A stretch of DNA of 64,000 nucleotides from Azolla caroliniana. Lineage: Eukaryota; Plantae; Polypodiophyta. Below, piece after piece: positions 49,688 through 61,340 of the stretch (positions within the stretch are counted from its first letter, which is position 1; each line of letters opens with the position of its first letter). The stretch spans positions 7,874,001 to 7,938,000 of the forward strand of contig JBHGNT010000006.1 in NCBI GenBank assembly GCA_043228905.1. The letters are read 5' to 3'. The translations under genes were made by a program, and so were the position numbers. The notes beneath the pieces are model-generated. The model was not told the DNA's origin. It searched no databases and worked only from the letters and a program-made list of their open reading frames with translations.

Positions 49688-50157
49688 CACAGTTACGCGT
49701 TCTCACTTCTTCTTGCACCAACAAGTGAATGACAACAACACACTAAAAGTTTGCCCTAAGTCATATTTATACTAATATGACTTTTAGGCTATTTACAAAT
49801 ATAGCCTCGATGGGCTCTCAGAAACATATTTACGAATATGTCTCTTTGTCCGGTTCTCACCGGGTCTGTACCATCCGGTTCTCCGTAACCGGGTACTCCT
49901 CATCCGGTCTTCACCGGGTCTATATCATCCGGCTCTCCCTAACCGGGTACTCCTCATCCGGTCTTCACCGGGTCTGTATCATCCGGCTCTCCGTAGTCGG
50001 GTACTCCTCATCCGGTCTTCACCGGGTCTGTATCATCCGGCTCTCCGTAGCTGGGTCCTCCTCATCCGGTCTTCACCGGGTCTGTATCATCCGGCTCTCT
50101 GTAGCCGAGTTTGTTCATCGGCACTGTTCTTCTCCCTTCCCATCCGGAGGGACCTGT

Positions 50158-50427
50158 TGACGGGAACCCAACGTTCCTTATGCGCGACGCTCAGCCAGTC
50201 TCGAGCTTAGAATGATACACAGAAAACGGGAAATAAAACACGACAAGAAGAAGAAGAGAATACACTGGAGGTTTACGTGGAAAACCCCAAACTAGGGGAA
50301 AAACCACGGTAGCCCACAGGCTGCAAACTGTCACTATGTAGGAATATACAACAGTGAGTTCACTGAGGCACCGACCTCGTGCTCACAAATCTTCGCCACA
50401 GGCGGCGGTTACAACAGAGGCAACGAC

Positions 50428-50459
<32 letters not shown>

Positions 50460-50903
50460 GTACAGTTACGCACACTCTCTATTCTTGCACCAACAAGAAT
50501 GACAACCATTACAACAACAGTAACAACTATAGTAAAAGTTTGCCCTAAGTCATATTTATACTAATATGACTTTTTGGCTATTTACAAATATAGTCTCGAT
50601 GGACTCTCAAAAACATATTTACGAATATGTCTCTTCATCCGGTTCTGACCGGGTCTGTACCATCCGGCTCTCCGTATCCGGGTACTCCCCATCCGGTTCA
50701 TACCGGGTCTGTATCATCCGGCTCTCCATATCCGGGTACTCCTCATCCGGTTCATACCGGGTCTGTATCATCCGGCTCTCCGTAGCCGGGTACTCCTCAT
50801 CCGGTTCATACCGGGTCTGTATCATCCGGCTCTCCGTAGCCGGGTCCACCTCGTACGACACTAATCTTCTCCCTTCCCATCCGGAGGGACCTGTTTCCCA
50901 ACA
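50158..50903 (-). mobile_element. Solo LTR of a Copia C-related subfamily
   Basis: TGACGGG...CCCAACA flanked by TSD CCTGT (50153-50157, 50904-50908); diverged from the host LTR. Confidence 0.9.
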
Positions 50904-53900
50904 CCTGTCTCCCAACAAACGCATAGGGTAAGAGTTGCAGCCAGTTCCCGACTTGGCCTCCACACGCCCGTACTAACGCTTTGACGATCGGCCTATGTCT
51001 GCGTTCCACCTTCCCGTTAGCCTCCGGATTGTACGCTGTGGTGAGCGAGAGTTTAATCCCTAGCTGGTTAAACAACTCTTCCACCTCTTGCACGTCTAAT
51101 TATCCGCGCTCGGCCACGATCTTACCTATGCACCCGTACCGACATACCACTTCCTCGATAAAAAATCGGCACACGGCCACGGTTGCTTTGTTCTGCAATG
51201 CTTGGCCTTCCACCTGGTTTGTCAAGTCCTCCCGAGCCAGCACCAGATACCGCATCTGCCCTACCCCCATCGGCATTGTCACTAGATACACCATCCACTT
51301 GAAGTGGACGGTCGGAGGGTAGGTCGGGTGAAGCTCGTCCCGATGTCGGACTATGGAGTGCACCTGATAGCTTTCGCAAGTCGTCACGAACCAATGCACG
51401 TCTCAATATAGTCCCGGCCACAAGTACTTCCCCTTTAGCTTCTCGAATGTGGCCCACGTCCCGCGGTGTCTGGCCCAGGGACTCTCGTGGTATGCCATCA
51501 ACAATTCTTCCCGTTCCTTATTCTTCGCCACCACTCAGAGCGGGATGTCGTTTCTCTTCTTTGGGTGCTTCCATAAGCTCCCGTCCCGTAGGAAGAATCA
51601 GTACACTTTCTTCCGAATCCGGTTGGTCTCTTCCTTCGTCCACGCCGCGTCTGGTGTCATTGTCTTTAGGAACCCACTGATCTGGAGCCACTCCCCGTTG
51701 TACTTTCTCTCGTTGAATTCGTTAAGCGTCGGAGTGCTCCCCTTTCTTGTTGTTACGTTAGCTGACCCGAAGAAGTCCTTGCCGACTTCTTCGTTTTCCG
51801 AAACCATGCCGTCCTTGTCGTTGAACCACGCCCTTGAAAGCATATCGGCCATGGCATTATCTTTTCCGGAGATGTGCTGTATCTCTAGGTTCAAGGACTT
51901 GATGTACGCGATCCACCTGAGCATCGCCAGGTCTGGAGTCGCGCATCCGGAGACCATACCCAAAATCGGTAGGCAGTCCGTCTCGATGATCACTTCCGTC
52001 CCGATCAGATAGTCCTTGTCAGCCTTGACTGTCGAAATGATACCCCATAGCTCGTGCTTGATTTGGGCATATCCTCGCTGCCGCTTGCTCAATACATTTG
52101 CCCCAAACCGGAACGGGAACTGTACGCTATATTCATCTTCTTGATTGATCACCCACCCGATCCTGGTGGGGCTCGTGTCCACCGTCACGTGAATGGGGAC
52201 TTCCTTGCCGTAAACCACTTTTCGGAGAGCCGGTGCCGCGACGAGTGCCTCCTTCAGTCTCCAGACCGACTCCGTGTGCTCCATCCTCCATTCGAACCGG
52301 AGCCCTTTCTTTAATAACTCGTAAAGCGGCTCCGCAACATGCGCGTAGTGCGGAATCCAGATGTGATAGAACGCACACGCCCCAAGGACCCTTCGGACCT
52401 CCGTGACCGACCCACAATCATCCTTCATCGCGGAGATGGCTTCTACCTTCATCGGGGATGGCTTCCGGCCGTAAGGCCCGCACAGGTGTTCGACAACCAG
52501 GATCTCCGGCTGTCCGAAGGCTGAATTTTCTCCTAGGAAGGTGAGCTACACACTCTCGAGTCTTTGTAGCACCTTCTCGCAGTCGCGGATGTGATCCGTC
52601 ACGAACCTCCGGCAACCGTCGGGCCCGACTGACTCGTCCTTGTCCTCCACCAGACTCCCTTTGATCAGGATGTCATCCAGAAATGACATGGTGATGTCCG
52701 GGATGCAGTCCCTCAACACCTTGTTCATCGCATTCACCATGTGCGCCACCGAGTTCGTTCCTCCTTGCGGCAGGGTGCACATCCGAACTAGGCCGAGACG
52801 AGTCCGCATCGTCGTGACATCCTTGCTCTCTATGGCTAGTTGGAACCCGACCGAGTAGATCGACCTCCCTATGAAGGTCTCCGCGAACTCATCGATGGTC
52901 GGTCTGATACCTGCGTTTCGAATGGTCACCGTGTTGACTGGCTGCAGGTCTTGTATGAAGCGCAATGTGCTGTTCTTCTTCGGCACGATAAACCACCGAT
53001 TTGAATATGGGGCACTCGACGGTTCGAGGATGCCCATCTCCACCTTTTGTTTCAGCAATTCCATCAGCTTCGGGATGTGAGCTCTGGGTACCGCAATCGG
53101 TTTGAGATTCCACAGCACATGCGGTACCGTGAAGATCACCATTGGTTCTACAACTTTCGGGTCGACGCACCCGATCTCCTCCGGTGAGAATGCGGAAGCC
53201 TTCCCGTGCCTCCCGAGCATTCTCCGAAACCGGTCCTCTTCCGCCGGTAGTAGAAAACCACCCCCACTGATCTTGAGCTCCCGTAGCGTTATGTCGGTGA
53301 ACATGTGTCCCATGCTGTCCGGATCTCGTAAACTTGGGTCCGATGCGACCCCCTTTATCCGTAACTCATTGCTCTCTGGCAAGGGTGCCGCGACTGGCCT
53401 CACCTTCCGGTCCACATTCTTGTACTTTGTATCCACTCGGGCCGTCCGATTTGACTCGAGCCCACTACCGAAGTCGGTGATGACTTCGTACATCTTTTCC
53501 GAACATACCGGAATCGTCTGGTCCCCATTAAGGCCTTCTCCGAACACCTCCCGTAACTTCCCCAAGGTGTCGTCGAAAGAGACCGCCTCCATGGCTCCGC
53601 TGATTTCCTCTTCAGGGCTGAGGACTCCGCATGCCCGAAGTCGCTCCTCCGTCCGCTTCTTTTCCCGGCAAACTACGCCGGCTATCGTACAACCACCGCT
53701 GTCGGAGAACCAAAATTTTCTACCATGGTACAAGTGTTTTTGCCTATAGTATATTTGTGGGGTTTTTCCGGGGTGTCCGGACTATCGCGGCCCCACGCCT
53801 TGATAGCCCTCTCTAAAAATCCCCTCGGTTTTGGCACCGAGGGTCTCGCGGTTACGCTCATGGTTCGGTCGCACCATCTGGAACAGGACCGAGTGACGCC

Positions 53901-54675
53901 CATCTTGGCTCTTGACTCGTGCATATGCCGAGCCGTTGTCCAGCACCTTTGTCTCCATGCGTGCTGCCGTGATGTACAGTTCTCCTAGTATCACCGGATG
54001 TGAGGACGTCTCCTGCACAAAGAAGTGTTGATCGATCTCGACATCGCCGATTTTTACTCGTACATTCGGGCAGGCTCCGTGTAGCTCCTCCGTGGTGCGC
54101 ATTGCTGCCCGTATCTTCCACCCGTGCTTGGTGTTGATCGGCCACTTTCCCTTGGACGCCACCACCGGCTCTTGGACGTCCCCGATCCGAACAGGGGTTT
54201 TCGTAGTGGCCCTAGCCCAATGTAGCCTCGAGTAGTGGCTTCCCTCCAATTCGTCCTCTAGGGCCACGTCTTCTAGGTGGGTCGTTCGCACCTCCACCGG
54301 CTTCTCCGGCTCCGGCTCCGGCTCCGTCGAAAGCCTTTTCCGCTTCACCAAGTCTACGATGGAGTCGTGGAACTCCTTCTTGGTGATACCGAGCACTTCC
54401 CTCAGTGACAACTCCACTTTGCTGTCGAGGATCCGTTCCTCCAGGACCTTTCGATCTCCGTGCTCAACCGATAACCGGCCTTCTTGGCCTTGTCCGATGT
54501 GCCGGATGCACCGACATCATTCTGCTTCGTCCCGAACCGGGTCTCATACCGTTGTGAGGGTCCGGCCACCCCGGTCTTTCCCGCTCGCTTGTCTTCCACC
54601 AGAACCTCATAGTTCTAGCACGCGGCTTCCACGAAGCCCGTCTTCTCTTCGACCGGGTCACTCCACCCGGTTACC

Positions 54676-57600
54676 GAGAGAAGGTATCGTGCGCTAGAGG
54701 GGACGAAGTGCCGTCGGACTGGGACCGAGCTCTTCTTTTCTGTCGTTCTCCATAGCTTTCTTTTGCGCAGGTTCTCGAGAGGCTGATTCGGCTCCGTGGA
54801 ACGCCCGTGTGCTTCCGGCAGAATCTCCATCTTGCTCCCCTATGTGCGTGGGTGATCAGGCGTCGGCATCCATCTCGCCGACCTGATCGGCTGTAACCGT
54901 TCGAGTCGTCTGCATACATACAAATACATACATATATTTATATACACACACTAGTGTTCTTATACTCTATCTCTCCTTTTTCTCACCTATTCCTCGGTCC
55001 AAGACCCCAGTGGTCCCGCCTTGTTCTCCATGCACGCGTGTAACAACGCGACATCTTTTGGTGAACCCGACGTGAACAGGCGGCAGAGGAGTAGAAGATG
55101 AGGGGGTCGAACCTCGTAGAAGCCATGGCTTCGGCTGTGGACCGTATAGTGAGTGCGTGCGAAGGCACCGGCGCCCTTGATAGGGCTATCGAGGCGGTTG
55201 TCGGTACGATCGGCCGGTTTAGTGGGAAGGATGCCACGAGCTACTTGGCGTCCTACCGGGCTGAGATGGTAATGAGGGACATTCTGGAAGAGAGGCGTCT
55301 AGCCGGATTCCCTCGAGTGGCGATGCCAGGCATCCATACAGAGGTGCTCGAGGTACGGGCCGAGAGCCGAACCTGGGAGGAGTTCGAAGGTCGGCTCCTG
55401 AAAAAATACGGGCTTGAAGATGCGCTTCGACTTTCGAAGCGGGACTTCATGGAGTGGGTGGAGACCCCCGACAAAGGAATGAACACGTCGGTGCTCCTCC
55501 GGGAGTTTGAGGAACGCTTTGCGCGCCTCTCGGTGCTTGACCGGACCATTCTGGACACAAGTCGTGTCCTATTGTTTGTTAAGTCAGTTGATGAGCAGGA
55601 TCGGGAGCAAGTAGGCCTCCTATTGGAGACTGATGACGGGCTGACGGTCGACTGGGCCGTGGTGAAGAGGATCTGTGGCTGTTTCGACAAACGGCGGGAA
55701 TGAGTTGACAAAGGATCGACAGGGGCGGGCTTTGTCGCAGCAAGGAAGCTCGAGCCAACACCACCAACGCGAAGGGAAGAGACCCGAGATTGGCTCGAGA
55801 CCGGATTGGCTTCGACCGGCATGGTCAAGGGCTCGTCCGGGGGAGCAACTCTGGAGGAACTGACGCGGATGGTAAAGGATCTCCAGATCGCCCAGGCACG
55901 GAGGGATGGTGGCGAACAGGCCCGTGACCGACGACCTCTGGCTGGAAATAGGTGCATGTGGTGTGACGCGGTTGGCCACATCCGGAAGGACTGCGGGGAC
56001 TTCACTGAGGCGATGAGAAGCAACGTGGTGTACCTGTGGAACGGTCGGGTGCACGCCAGCGAGACCCGAAGGGCCCTGGACTTGAACGTCGGGAGAGGAG
56101 GTATGAAAAGGCTGATGGAGGAGGCGGCGGCTCGCCACGCGGAGACCGTCCACTACTCGGCGTCAGCTGGTATTCGGGTCGGAGGTGGCGAGGCCCCGAA
56201 GACGAACAAAGCCGGGATCTGGCCGACGATGCTAGAAGGCCTCGCTGGCGCACGACTAAGGAAAGAAGAGGCGGACCGCGCGGAAAAACGGGTCCGGGAG
56301 GTAACCGGGTGGAGTGACCCGGTGGAAGAAAAGACGGGCTTCGTCGAAGCCGCTTGTCAAAAGTACGAGGCTCTGGTGGAGGACAAGCGGGTAGGAAAAA
56401 CCGGAGGGGCCGGGCCCTCGCAACGATATGAAACTCGATTTGGGCAAAGGCGGAATGAGGCCGGTGTAACCGACGCCCAAGATAATCCCAAGAGGGGCGG
56501 GTACCGGCTGGGCACAAAAGTCGAAAGATCCACGGACCTGCGAAAGGTCCTGGAAGAACGAATCCTCGACAACAAGGTGGAACTGTCGTTGAGGGAAGTG
56601 CTCGGGATCGCCAAGAAGGAGTTCCACAACTCCATGGTAGACTTGGTGAAGAGGAAGAGGTTGTCGACGGAGACAGAACCGGAGAAGCCGGTGGAGGTGC
56701 GCACGACGCACATAGAGGACATGGCGCTGGAAGACGAGTTGGCAGAGAGCCACTATTCGAGGCCGCACTGGGCCAGAGCGACCATGGAGACCCCCGTGAA
56801 GATCGGAGATGTTCATGAACAGGTGGTGGCGTTGGTGGACCACAGTTCAGAAATCAATTTGATGTCCATGGACTTCTACAAGAAGGGGAAATGGCCGATC
56901 AACACCAAGCACGGGTGGAAAATACGGGCAACAACGCGTGCCACCGAAGAACTGCATGGAGCCTGCCCGAATGTACGAGTAAAGATCGGCGATGTCAAGA
57001 TTGACCAACACTTCTTTGTGCAGGAGATGTCCTCACATCCGGTTATACTAGGAGAACCGTACATCACGACAGCACGGATAGAGAACAAGGTACTGGACAA
57101 CGGCTCGGCCTATGCAAGGGTCAAGAGCCAGGATGGGCGTCACTCGGTCTAGTTCCTGACGGTGAGACCGAACCATGAGCGGAACTGCGAGACCCTCGGG
57201 GGCGAAAGCCGAGAGGATTTTTAGAGAGGGCTATCAAGGCGTGGGGCCGCGATAGCCCGGACACTCCGGGAAAACCCCACAAGTGTACGATAGCGAAGAA
57301 GACCTGTACTATAAGTAGGAAATTTTGGTTCTCCGACAATGGAGGGTGTACGATAGTCGACGTCGTTGGCCGGAAGAAGAAAAGGGCGGAGGAGTGCATT
57401 CGGGCATGTGGTATCCTCGGCCCTGGAGAGGAAATCAACAGAGCCATGGAGGCGGTCTCTTTCGACGATACCTTGGGGGAGCTGCGAGAGGTAGTCGGAG
57501 GAGTCCTTAAAGAGGACCGGACGATTCCGGTATGTTCGGAAAGGATGTACGAAGTCATCGTGGACTTCAGTAGAGGGCTCGAGTCAGATCGGACGGCCCG

Positions 57601-59734
57601 GGTGGACACGAGGTACAAGACTGTGGACCGGAAGGTGAGGCCAGTCGTGGCTCCCTTGCCGGAGGGCAGCGAGTTGCGAATAAAGGGGGTTGCGTCGGAC
57701 CCGAGTTTACGAAATCCGGCGCGCATAGGACACACGTTGACCGACATAACGCTACGTGAGCTCAAAATCGGTGGGGGTGGTTTCCTACTGCTGGCGGAAG
57801 AGGACCGTTTTCGGGGAATGCTTGGAAGGCACAGGAAGGCTTTCGCATTCTCACCGGAGGAGATCGGGTGCGTAGACCCAACAGTCATGGAACCGATGGT
57901 GATATTCACGGTACCGCATGTGCCGTGGAGTCTCAAACCGATTCCAGTACCCAGAGCTCACATCCTGAAGCTGATGGAGCTGTTAAAGCAGAAGGTTGAG
58001 ATGGGCATCCTGGAACCGTCGAGTGCCCCATACTTGAATCGGTGGTTTACCGTGCCGAAGAAGGACGGCACGTTGCGCTTTATTCAAGACCTGCAGCCGG
58101 TCAACAAGGTGACCATTCGAAACGCAGGAATCGGACCGACAATAGACGAGTTGGCGGAGGCCTTCGCTGGAAGGTCAATTTACTTGGTCGGTGATCTCTA
58201 CTCGGGGTACGATCAGTTCCAGCTAGCCATAGAGATCAGCGACAACACGACAATGCGAACTCCTCTCGACCTAGTATTGATGTCTACCCTACCGCAAGGA
58301 GGGACGAACTCGGTGGGTCACATGGTGAACGCAATGAACAAGGTCCTGAGGGATTGTATCCCGGACATCACCATGCCGTTTTTGGACGACGTCTCGATCA
58401 AGGGATGCCCGGTGGAGAAAAAGGACGAGACGATCGGACCGGACGGGTGCCGGAAATTCGTGGCGACGCACATCGATGACTGCGAGAAGGTGCTGCAAAG
58501 GTTAGAGGGTGCGAGGCTCACCTTCTCCGGGGAAAAATCGGCCTTCGGGCAATCAGAGATCATGTTCAGACAAAAGCTGATCATGCCAACAGAGCGAACG
58601 ATCTCCTTGTGGGCCACGGTGGACTGGAGGGATGAGATGAGCCGGGAGGAACTATTGGCGGCGCGGATTCGACAGCTCGAGCGGAGGCCGGAGGACGCAG
58701 AGCGAGCCGCGGAGAAACTTCGAGTAGCGAGGATAAGGAACAAAGCCCGGTTCGACCGAACACACCGGCTCCGGCCAAAGAAGATCGAGGAAGGCGACTG
58801 GGTGCTAGTCTACGACAACAGCCTCGACAATCAGCACAGGGCCACGCGAAAGTTTGCGAGGAGGTGGTTCAAGCCTTACATAGTAACAGGCGCCAATGAC
58901 AATGGGACGTAGCATCTCGCGGAGCTCGACGGTACGAGAATAGCAATACCGGTTGCGGGGAAGAGGATCAAAGCATTCAAGAAATGACACGACGGTGAGC
59001 CGGAGCTAGGGGGCATGGACAGCAACGACGAGCAGCCCGAGGTGGAGGACGAGCCGGGAAACGAGGAATAAAAGCAAGGACCAGTTTTCTCCAGTAGGAA
59101 CCCAATTTTGGCGCATACCGGTGGATGCGCGGTTAGGTGGGGGCGGATGTCGTGAAGAAAACCGTCCCCAGGCGCAAACCGTGTATAGCGTGTGTGAACC
59201 GGCCCTTACATGTGGGCACGCCCCTTATCGTATAGTAGATAGGTAGGCACAAAAGTCGAATCCTAGGTAGCAATATTCTATAGGGAGAATTGAGGAGTAT
59301 CTCTGTCGGACTAGGACCGAGCTCTTCTTTTCTGTCGTTCTCCATAGCTTTCTTTTGCACAGGTTCTCGAGAGGCTGATTCGGCTCCGTGGAACGCCCGT
59401 GTGCTTTCGGCAGAATCTCCATCTTGCTCCCCTGTGTGTGTGGGTAATCAGGCGTCGACATCCATCTCGCCGACCTGATCGGCTGTAACCGTTCGAGTCA
59501 TCTGCATACATACAAATACATACATATATTTATATACACACACTAGTGTTCTTATACTTTATCTCCTGCTCAACTCGTGTCTCCTGTGTTGTTGGCCGCG
59601 TTCCCGTGCACTTCTTTGTCTATACGTGTGTGAGCGTGTCTCTCTCTCTCTCTCTCCCTTTTCTCACCTATTCCTCGGTCCAAGACCCCAGTGGTCCCGC
59701 CTTGTTCTCCACACACGCGCGTAACAACGCGACA
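54676..59734 (+). mobile_element. W-lineage Gypsy copy 5, inserted antisense into W3 gag, internally deleted
   Basis: Truncated 5' LTR 54676-55053; PBS TGGTGAACCCGACGTGAA at 55059-55076; gag-PR 55098-57224; pol 57215-59071; 3' LTR 59148-59734 followed by GCGT. Confidence 0.92.
57215..57280 (+). promoter_or_regulatory. Predicted -1 ribosomal frameshift signal (slippery heptamer plus stem-loop/pseudoknot)
   Basis: G GAT TTT TAG; 6-nt spacer; stem GGGCTATC/GATAGCCC; loop GTGGGG complementary to downstream CCCCAC; pol lies in the -1 frame. Homologues at 10086-10151, 43261-43326 and 53757-53822. Confidence 0.8.
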
Positions 59735-60823
59735 GCGTGCAGTCCGCTTCCTCTTTCCTCAGCCTTACGCCGGCGAGGCCTTCCAACATCACCGGCCAGA
59801 ATCCAGGGCCGCTTCTTCCATCAGTTGTTTCATACCCCCTCGTCCGACATTTAAATCTAGGGCCCTTCGGGTCTCGCTAGCATGTAGCCGGAGGACTTCG
59901 GTCACGGACTTGTTCGCCACCGTCCCTCCGTGCTTGTGCAATCTGGAGGTCCCTCACCATCTGAGTCAGCTCCTCCACGAGCCTTTGACCATGCCGGTCG
60001 ATGTCGATCCGGTCTCGAGCCAATCTCGGGTCTCTTCCCTTCGCGCCGGTGGGGTTACCTTGACCTTCCTTGTCGCAACAGAACCCGCCCCCGTCAAGCC
60101 TTTATCGACCCACTCACGCCGTTTGTCAAAACGGCTGCAGACTCTCTTCACCATGGCCTAGTCGGTTGTTAGGCCGTCATCGGTCTCCAACAGGAAGCCC
60201 ACTTGCTCCCGGTCCCTTGCGTCCACCGATTTAACGAACAATAGGACACGACTCGTGTCCAACACGGTCCGGTCCAGTGTTGAAAGTCGTGCGAAGCGTT
60301 CTTCAAACTCCCGAAAGAGCACCAACGCGTTTCTCCCCTTTTCGGGGGTCTCCACCCATTCCATGAAGTCCCGCTTCGATAGCCGAAGTGCGTCATCAAG
60401 CCCTGTTGTCCGCCGGAATAGTAACCGACCAACAAGAGCGTAGGAATAAGAAATAATATAAGAGCATAACGCATGTAAGGGTTCACGCAGGAAGCGTGAA
60501 AGGCTAATAGACCCTGCGTATATAAAGGGCAGAAAACCTCTGATAGAGGGGGCATGTATTTTTGGAATGTAAAGAAGCGTATCGTAATGGAATTCTATCT
60601 TCTCTGAAAGTCTGTGTATAGCTATGGCTAATCTACTGTGTGTCTGGAATACCTGAGCGTGTAATAATGTAAGTGTAACCATTGCTAAGGAGTCGGTTGT
60701 AGTCGTCTCCATTATACGCTGATAGGTTACGGGGAACATTCCCCTACGTATTACGCATAGATGCCCCATTCGTTGTTCCACAATCACTTGGAGGTCTAGG
60801 TCGAAGGACTGACTGAAGACCGT

Positions 60824-61340
60824 TGTCGCGTTGTTACGCGCGTGCGTGTAGAAGGGGCGGGACCATGAGGGTCTTGGACTAGGGAGTAGAGGAGAAAGAA
60901 TAAGACACAAAATGGAAGCTTAGCTCAAGAGGAGGCGAGAAAGAATAAGACAATAATATAGAATAGACGGGGCAAGATGCTCAACAAGTTAGCTTAAGGA
61001 AACACAAACGCTTTACAATGGTGGCCGCCATGGCTGCACCAAACGACTATATGAAAACCCTAAAGGAAAACCCAAGAAGAAAACCCTAACCGAAACCCTA
61101 AAACCGAATAGGAAACCCTCGACCTAAGTGGTATGCCTCTCTCCCTCAAAATAGGCAACCCCTCATAAGTGAACCCTCCCTTCCTTTTATAGCCCAAGGA
61201 GGGAGGGACCTTACAATGTGGGATAAAATTCCCCTCTTCTTTCCACACACCATTCCCTAGTATACACGTGCACATGTTTCACACCACCGATTTGCCCATT
61301 CCACCCCGGTTTCACACTATAGCCGGAAATCTTCACGACA
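60824..61340 (-). mobile_element. Solo LTR of the W lineage (copy 6)
   Basis: TGTCGCGTTGTTACGCG...CTTCACGACA; 4-bp TSD CCGT (60820-60823, 61341-61344); shares the TTTTATAG..CAAGGAGGGAG block with other W LTRs. Confidence 0.88.

Larger units (their letters stand above)
37491..50917 (-). mobile_element. Ty1/Copia element C (Tnt1/Tork-like), full length, hosting W4 and a solo LTR
   Basis: LTRs 37491-38301 and 49369-50917; TSD AACGC; PBS TGGTATCAGAGC at 49355-49366; PPT at 38302-38318; RT rejoins across W4 (SQEKYV|TKVL). Confidence 0.95.
36180..60403 (-). mobile_element. W-lineage Gypsy copy 3, in pieces 36180-37490, 50918-54675 and 59735-60403
   Basis: 3' LTR 36180-36846 preceded by ACGG; IN frame rejoins across the AACGC TSD (LLPYA|LWADRTTH); gag resumes after 59734 with only ~17 bp missing. 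Confidence 0.88.

Noticed and set aside
54676-59734. Local inversion of W3
   Set aside because: It has its own LTR pair, PBS and gag-pol, and W3 gag resumes collinearly on the other side; it is an independent antisense insertion.
60158-60910. 250-aa minus-strand ORF
   Set aside because: Chance read-through across a solo LTR, another LTR and W3 gag; chimeric.
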